A DNA stretch of 64,000 bases from a virus (lineage: Duplodnaviria > Heunggongvirae > Uroviricota > Caudoviricetes): the IMG/VR virus record IMGVR_UViG_2974794945_000001, positions 165,273 to 229,272 of that record; one strand, 5' to 3'. Within the stretch, counting starts at the first letter, position 1. Each line of letters starts with the position of its first letter. The position numbers and the translations under genes are program-made. Positions 58,849 through 64,000 of this stretch are shown in pieces. The notes beneath the pieces are model-generated. The model searched no databases and was not told where the DNA came from. It saw only the letters and a program-made list of their open reading frames with translations.

Positions 58849-60234
58849 ATGCAAGTATCAATGGGTGAAACAATCCTGCACACCGTTACATTGGCCTATG
58901 GTCCTGTTAACGGTGTATCTATTCTTCGTACTACACCCGAAGAAGCAGAAGTTGTAGCGGGTTGGTTACGAGATGGCTCTATTGTTTGCGATATTAAACA
59001 ATCCGGTTTTTGTATTAACGATACTTTATTTACCAAAGTTATTTCTGGTGAATCGATAGAAAACATTTTTGTAGCATACATCACGTGGTATGATGAATGT
59101 CCATTTCCTTTCTTTACACCAAAAGACTATTGTGAGTCTGCTTTCTTTGATACCAGTAAAAGCCATATTGGTTTGCGTCAATACTGTTTTCAGAATGATC
59201 AACTCCATATGTTCGATGCAGATTTTTTAGAGCTGATGCACGCTCACCGTCGAAATATTACAAAACGTGCCGATGCTGATCCATCTATTCCAGATGAACT
59301 GGATGTAGAAATGGATGAACAATGGCGAGTAGCTAATAGTTCTATCAAACCCGATCAATGGCCTAGTTTTATGCCAGGTGGGGTTTACAACAAAGAACTA
59401 CACCGTCAAAATTGTGAAGAACTCGCGCAGCTGTATCCTAACGTTGAGATTCTGCGTCTTCCGGATCTTTTCAAAAGAAACGGTGAAATAGATGAAGTTA
59501 GTTTGCAGAAAAAACGGGCTAATCTACACCAAGCTTTACAACGGAATGTAAACGATACAACTTGGCTGGCTGGGTTGTTTGCTTCTTTTCGCGGAGCAAT
59601 CAGTAGTGTCGCTAAAATGAAAGATGTTGCAAATGCCATTGATGTAAAGATGCGTGAAGCTCACGAAATGGCATTAACTCCAACTGAACGATGCCGCCAA
59701 TTGGATGTACGCACGAGCCGCATTAAACTAATTGATTGTTATGCTACTCAGATTTTTGCAGCAAAGCCAAGAATGAGTCCTTACACAAACACCGATATTA
59801 ATGCTTTACTTTGGTTACTTTCTGAGATTCGCCATAATGATGAATTCTTTAAAGGTATTCCAATTACTAAGACGGTATTGCCTTACATTGGTAAGGTGTT
59901 ACATGACCTGGAAATATATGTACAAAAAGATATATTTGATGTAGCCCCCGAACTATCTCCAAAAGAAACACTAGATACGTTGGTCTTGCGTTACATTGCC
60001 ATGATCAATGTTAACACTGATAAAGGTTTTGATTGGACTGTCGATTATTATGGGGAATACACCAACCTTAATCACTTGTTGTGGATGTTGAAAGAAGTAC
60101 AAGAAAACCCAGAGCAATCCCATACTAAGAAACATCGTTGGATTGGTTTTGTACAGAGTCAACTGGTTGCATATAAGTTCACCACTGTTAACTATGAACG
60201 CAATGCTACTCGTTGGATTCTGGACGGCCAATAA
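58849..60234 (+). CDS. Multi-domain hypothetical protein
   Basis: GAGG SD; 461 aa. Confidence 0.7.
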   Translation: MQVSMGETILHTVTLAYGPVNGVSILRTTPEEAEVVAGWLRDGSIVCDIKQSGFCINDTLFTKVISGESIENIFVAYITWYDECPFPFFTPKDYCESAFFDTSKSHIGLRQYCFQNDQLHMFDADFLELMHAHRRNITKRADADPSIPDELDVEMDEQWRVANSSIKPDQWPSFMPGGVYNKELHRQNCEELAQLYPNVEILRLPDLFKRNGEIDEVSLQKKRANLHQALQRNVNDTTWLAGLFASFRGAISSVAKMKDVANAIDVKMREAHEMALTPTERCRQLDVRTSRIKLIDCYATQIFAAKPRMSPYTNTDINALLWLLSEIRHNDEFFKGIPITKTVLPYIGKVLHDLEIYVQKDIFDVAPELSPKETLDTLVLRYIAMINVNTDKGFDWTVDYYGEYTNLNHLLWMLKEVQENPEQSHTKKHRWIGFVQSQLVAYKFTTVNYERNATRWILDGQ

Positions 60235-60275
60235 TGTGTAGGGTACATTGGGTACCCTTAACAAAGGAAATAATA

Positions 60276-60617
60276 ATGCCTCTTACAGAATGCACTGGTC
60301 CCACTGGTTTTGATACTGAGCCGCATGGCGCTGGTAATCAAGAACTTCCTGATGTGGTAACCCCAGAAATCTACATGGATATGTTTACTCACAATACCGC
60401 TACCAAAACAATCTTGTTGATTGAAGCAGCATTGATTGGTACAGCACCAATTCCGAGTGGGGAAGGTAGCTATCTTCGTGTAGAAGTACCTATTGTTGTA
60501 AACGGTCGAGTGGGTAGCATTGTTACACAGCGTTATACTGATGTGGGTTGGAAAAACGTAACGTTGGTACGTATGACCGATACAAGCAAATCTTTGTTCA
60601 CTGCATATTTTCCGTAA
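60276..60617 (+). CDS. Hypothetical protein
   Basis: AAGGA SD before ATG 60276. Confidence 0.6.
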   Translation: MPLTECTGPTGFDTEPHGAGNQELPDVVTPEIYMDMFTHNTATKTILLIEAALIGTAPIPSGEGSYLRVEVPIVVNGRVGSIVTQRYTDVGWKNVTLVRMTDTSKSLFTAYFP

Positions 60618-60619
60618 GT

Positions 60620-61267
60620 ATGCATCTGGGTGTAGTAGCGGGAGTCGGTTCTCGTACTGTTCCTGAATGGGCATTAGAGCTCATGATCCGTCTGGGTCGT
60701 ACCTATACGGATCTAGGTTATCAAATGTCATCAGGGGACGCATGGGACTCGGACCGTGCGTTCCTTTATGGCGCAGCACAGTCGAAACGATACCAAGAAA
60801 TTGGCGCTAAAGTTTATTTGCATAAAGATGGAACCAACGGTAGGTGGATTAAAGATAATCCATTTTACTACGATGCATCACTGTTTGATACAACTGTAGC
60901 AACCACCGCAAGATCAATGGCTATATTAGCCAGAGGTTCAACGTGGGGGTTAAATGAAACAGGGTTAGCACTGCATACCCGTAATGTTTATCAGATTCAT
61001 GGTATCAATTTAGATGAGCTAGTTAAAGCCATTTACTTTTATGCCGAGCCTTTAGGCAAGACTAAAGTGTCAGGTGGTACTAACACGGCGTTACAGTTAG
61101 CTGTCAAAGCTGGTGTACCCATTGTTAAGAATCTGTATTACCAAGAAACAGTTGATGAAATAACCAAATGGCTAGAAGAGAACGAACTGGATTATCCATA
61201 CATCGATATTGACTGGCATCAAATACACAAACCAAATGATCCGCGTTTACAGGAATTTGAAGAATGA
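60620..61267 (+). CDS. SLOG/DprA(Smf)-like Rossmann-fold protein
   Basis: VAGVGSR.VP, SSGDA.DSD.AF..GA and SGGT.TAL.LA motifs. Confidence 0.7.
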   Translation: MHLGVVAGVGSRTVPEWALELMIRLGRTYTDLGYQMSSGDAWDSDRAFLYGAAQSKRYQEIGAKVYLHKDGTNGRWIKDNPFYYDASLFDTTVATTARSMAILARGSTWGLNETGLALHTRNVYQIHGINLDELVKAIYFYAEPLGKTKVSGGTNTALQLAVKAGVPIVKNLYYQETVDEITKWLEENELDYPYIDIDWHQIHKPNDPRLQEFEE

Positions 61268-61818
61268 AGTTGTGGCAATGGTTGAAAAGTCTGTTTACCC
61301 GCAAAAAGAAAGTTACTCCCATTCGATCTACACCAACTCGTTCTCATGGTGAATCCGAAAGCCGCCATTGGCCTGCCCTGACCGCATCGGCACATGGGCG
61401 ACATGTAGCACAACAGAGTGTTGGCCGGTCACTCCATAACAACTATGCACCGGTGAAGCGAACATATACCGCAGCCACTCCTGTGCACCAAGTAGACACT
61501 GGTCTGGATACACTTTCTACCGTTTTGTTGATTGATGCATTAACAGACGTGTTTGATCATAACGACACACCTCTTCGCAATATTGATGATGAAGTTCGAG
61601 AACGCATTGCAACCACACGTAATGAACCCGTATACGAATCGACACCGTCAGTAGAACCTACCCGCTCTACTTATACGCCATCACCTGAACCAACGACTCG
61701 TTTTGACGATGATCGCAGTTCTAGTTTTGAGCCATCACCCACCAGCAGTTGGGGTGGAGATAACGGCGGTGGAAGTAGTAGTTCTTGGGGTGATTCTTTT
61801 TCATCGGCTTTTGATTGA
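61264..61818 (+). CDS. Largely disordered Ser/Pro/Thr-rich protein with amphipathic N-terminus
   Basis: MKLWQWLKSLFTRKKK start and a Ser/Gly-rich tail. Confidence 0.65.
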   Translation: MKLWQWLKSLFTRKKKVTPIRSTPTRSHGESESRHWPALTASAHGRHVAQQSVGRSLHNNYAPVKRTYTAATPVHQVDTGLDTLSTVLLIDALTDVFDHNDTPLRNIDDEVRERIATTRNEPVYESTPSVEPTRSTYTPSPEPTTRFDDDRSSSFEPSPTSSWGGDNGGGSSSSWGDSFSSAFD

Positions 61819-61826
61819 GTTCAAAC

Positions 61827-62009
61827 ATGAAGAAAGGTTTTCGTCGGCTGTATACCAGTTTGCATCGAACTGATCGTAAACGGTCAGCACGGCATAGAGA
61901 GCTAGCCGATAGCCAGCTCATGCCTGAAATAATTGGATGGCGGAAGTGTACAACCATCCAACCACTTGAACGAGAATTTACACATGTCGCTACGGCACAG
62001 GTTGCATAG
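61827..62009 (+). CDS. Small basic hypothetical protein
   Basis: Fills the operon gap. Confidence 0.35.
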   Translation: MKKGFRRLYTSLHRTDRKRSARHRELADSQLMPEIIGWRKCTTIQPLEREFTHVATAQVA

Positions 62010-62499
62010 TTTTCCACACCCCAGGGTTATCACGCTAGAAGAAAGAGAAGATGCTGTAGCTTTTACTAATTACATAGGTGAGCTTAGTAAAGTATCTTTG
62101 GCTGATCTTAATTCCCCTATTCGTCGTTTTTCATTCAACTGGCGAAGGCGTATGACCAAGTGGGAACTGGCCAAAATGTCAGGTCGTGTAATGTGGATGG
62201 GTCTTACCGATATCGGTGCTACTGAAGTAGTACTACGTCGGGAAATTCGTAAAACGTTTGAACAACCCGTAAAGAGACTTGCATGGGGTAATTCAAAGAA
62301 AGTTGAACCATTTGGTAACATATGCTTGGAAAAGCCGCATCCAGGTCTACCAGTCACCTATACTTACTCTACCCCACTGAGTAAAACAGAAACACGTATT
62401 TGGAAATGGTTAGAGGAAGTTAATGCACAGTTTAGATTATCCGCACACAAACACTACGCCCAGCTTCCAATCGACCCAAGATATCACCGAACTCTATAA
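61984..62499 (+). CDS. Hypothetical protein
   Basis: ATG 61984 after GAGA. Confidence 0.55.
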   Translation: MSLRHRLHSFPHPRVITLEEREDAVAFTNYIGELSKVSLADLNSPIRRFSFNWRRRMTKWELAKMSGRVMWMGLTDIGATEVVLRREIRKTFEQPVKRLAWGNSKKVEPFGNICLEKPHPGLPVTYTYSTPLSKTETRIWKWLEEVNAQFRLSAHKHYAQLPIDPRYHRTL

Positions 62500-62606
62500 A
62501 CGAATTCGGAGATTTACACAAAATAAAAAGATCGTTTGGATTACAGCTAAAGCCCTTGTGCAAAGTACTGACAATCCCAATCTAATGAATAAACAGGAGC
62601 AATTCA

Positions 62607-63233
62607 ATGTCAGTTCTTTCGGACAAAACAATCAAGCGGTTGGCTACCGACCCCATCAAGCCGATGATCAAACCTTTTTTTGGTCAATCAATAAAAAAGA
62701 AGAACAACCAAAAAGTAGCCAGTTACGGATTGTCCACGGGCGGATACGACATCCGGGCTGCGCAGGAATTCATGGTATTCAAGCCTATCAAATACACCCT
62801 TTGGGAACGTTTGAAATTCCTGTTCACCGGGAAACCAAAACCGATTAATCCGCTTAGTTACAAAGAAATTACCGAAGACATGTTTGACGTAGTTAAAGGT
62901 CAGCAAGTCGTAGTTCCAGCTGGAGGCTTTCTATTAGCCCGTAGCATGGAATATGTTGATATGCCTCGCAATGTATTAGCTTTGTGTATTGGTAAGTCCA
63001 CAATCGCTCGTGCGGGCTGGAATTGCTTGTGTACTCCAATCGAACCAGGTTGGGATGGCTACATTACACTAGAATTCCAAAACACCACAGATCGACCAAA
63101 TATCTTCTATGCAGAAGAAGGTTGTCTACAATTGGTATTTATGCATCTCGATGAAGATCCAGATGTGTCGTATTCTGACCGTGGTGGTAAATACAACAAC
63201 CAAGATCCACGCATCGTTCTACCACGCGTATAA
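62607..63233 (+). CDS. dcd: dCTP deaminase
   Basis: SYGLSTGGYDIR, IGKSTIARAG, TPIEPGWDGYITLEF and GKYNNQ motifs. Confidence 0.93.
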   Translation: MSVLSDKTIKRLATDPIKPMIKPFFGQSIKKKNNQKVASYGLSTGGYDIRAAQEFMVFKPIKYTLWERLKFLFTGKPKPINPLSYKEITEDMFDVVKGQQVVVPAGGFLLARSMEYVDMPRNVLALCIGKSTIARAGWNCLCTPIEPGWDGYITLEFQNTTDRPNIFYAEEGCLQLVFMHLDEDPDVSYSDRGGKYNNQDPRIVLPRV

Positions 63234-63234
63234 A

Positions 63235-63264
63235 AGTGAGCCTTCGGGCTCACTACTTATTTTC
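63235..63264 (+). terminator. Intrinsic terminator
   Basis: AGTGAGCC-TTCG-GGCTCACT followed by a T-rich tail. Confidence 0.7.
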
Positions 63265-63279
63265 TTTTGGAGGTTTTAT

Positions 63280-63777
63280 ATGTCGGTAGTTATTGTAACA
63301 CCAGATGCGATACACGAAGTGGCTAATGCTCTTACGCCCCACGATCGTAAGTGGGTAGCTGTTGCTATTGAAGATGATGCGACCTACGGGGCTGTCATCA
63401 TCAAATGTCCTTTTACACATGGGATGTTTTATAAAGAACTATTGACCACCATTCGTCAAACTGCGGGTGAAGGGTTTTGTCATTCGGTTGTTCACTATTT
63501 GGCTAGTATTAATGCCGAAGTAGTTTATGTTGCACAGAACGATGAAGGCACACCGGAAATTGTTTTTATCAACAATAGTGAATTCCAAAAGCTAAATACC
63601 GATGGAATTATTGTTCGTGTTGATGATTCGATTGATGCTGAAGTTGTTCAGCGGGCTATGGATAAAGACAAATGGAATTGTGAACAGAACGAGCAACCTT
63701 ACTACATCAAAAGTACTATTGACACACTCTTAGCCAATGGGTTGTTGAGTGGGACTTACACAATTACTAACTTCTGA
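63280..63777 (+). CDS. Hypothetical protein
   Basis: GGAGG SD before ATG 63280. Confidence 0.65.
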   Translation: MSVVIVTPDAIHEVANALTPHDRKWVAVAIEDDATYGAVIIKCPFTHGMFYKELLTTIRQTAGEGFCHSVVHYLASINAEVVYVAQNDEGTPEIVFINNSEFQKLNTDGIIVRVDDSIDAEVVQRAMDKDKWNCEQNEQPYYIKSTIDTLLANGLLSGTYTITNF

Positions 63778-63785
63778 GGAAGATT

Positions 63786-64000
63786 GTGAATAAGACTGAT
63801 GCAACTAGCATGTACGTTAAACTGATAGGTGAAATCCGTGATCTCGACTATCATTACCACGTACTGGGAACTCCACGGGTATCTGATGATATCTACGATG
63901 GCTTAAGAAAACAACTGAATGAAATCGAAACCACCTATCCCGACCTACCTCAGATCCTCAATGTCACATCCCCTAATGACTTGGTGGGTTATACACCTAC
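63786..64000 (+). CDS. ligA: NAD-dependent DNA ligase, N-terminal fragment
   Basis: GAGGA SD and GTG start; YHYHVLGTPRVSDDIYDGL...YPDL...SPNDLVG matches LigA domain Ia. Confidence 0.85.
   Translation, partial: MNKTDATSMYVKLIGEIRDLDYHYHVLGTPRVSDDIYDGLRKQLNEIETTYPDLPQILNVTSPNDLVGYTP

Noticed and set aside
1-64000. tRNA, rRNA, CRISPR arrays, IS elements, or a chimallin/tubulin gene
   Set aside because: None recognisable by eye in this window; tRNAscan and Infernal were not run.

Overview
This window comes from a phiKZ-like jumbo myophage (Chimalliviridae-type) genome, not a bacterial chromosome. From my recall of phiKZ/SPN3US synteny (no search was run), it carries the conserved block UvsX/RecA, RNase H, internal head paralogs, PAAR, tail spike, SbcC, prohead protease, split virion RNA polymerase beta/beta', the giant tail lytic-transglycosylase protein and a tail protein. 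An accessory arm follows, with thymidylate kinase, a DEDDh exonuclease, a minus-strand tail-associated paralog module, an SF2 helicase, a SLOG/DprA-like protein, dCTP deaminase and the start of an NAD-dependent DNA ligase. Seven TATATTAC early promoters and about 20 related stem-loops punctuate it. I saw no tRNA, rRNA, CRISPR array, intron or IS element. The best candidate for an undescribed system is an intergenic structured RNA at about 56250-56419, closed by an orphan terminator, that carries an 18-nt complement to the 3' end of 16S rRNA. Next are a possible -1 frameshift fusing a head propeptide protein to a ParB-like domain (about 8316), a candidate spanin pair and several unannotated microproteins. 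All functional calls rest on motif recognition and gene context only.
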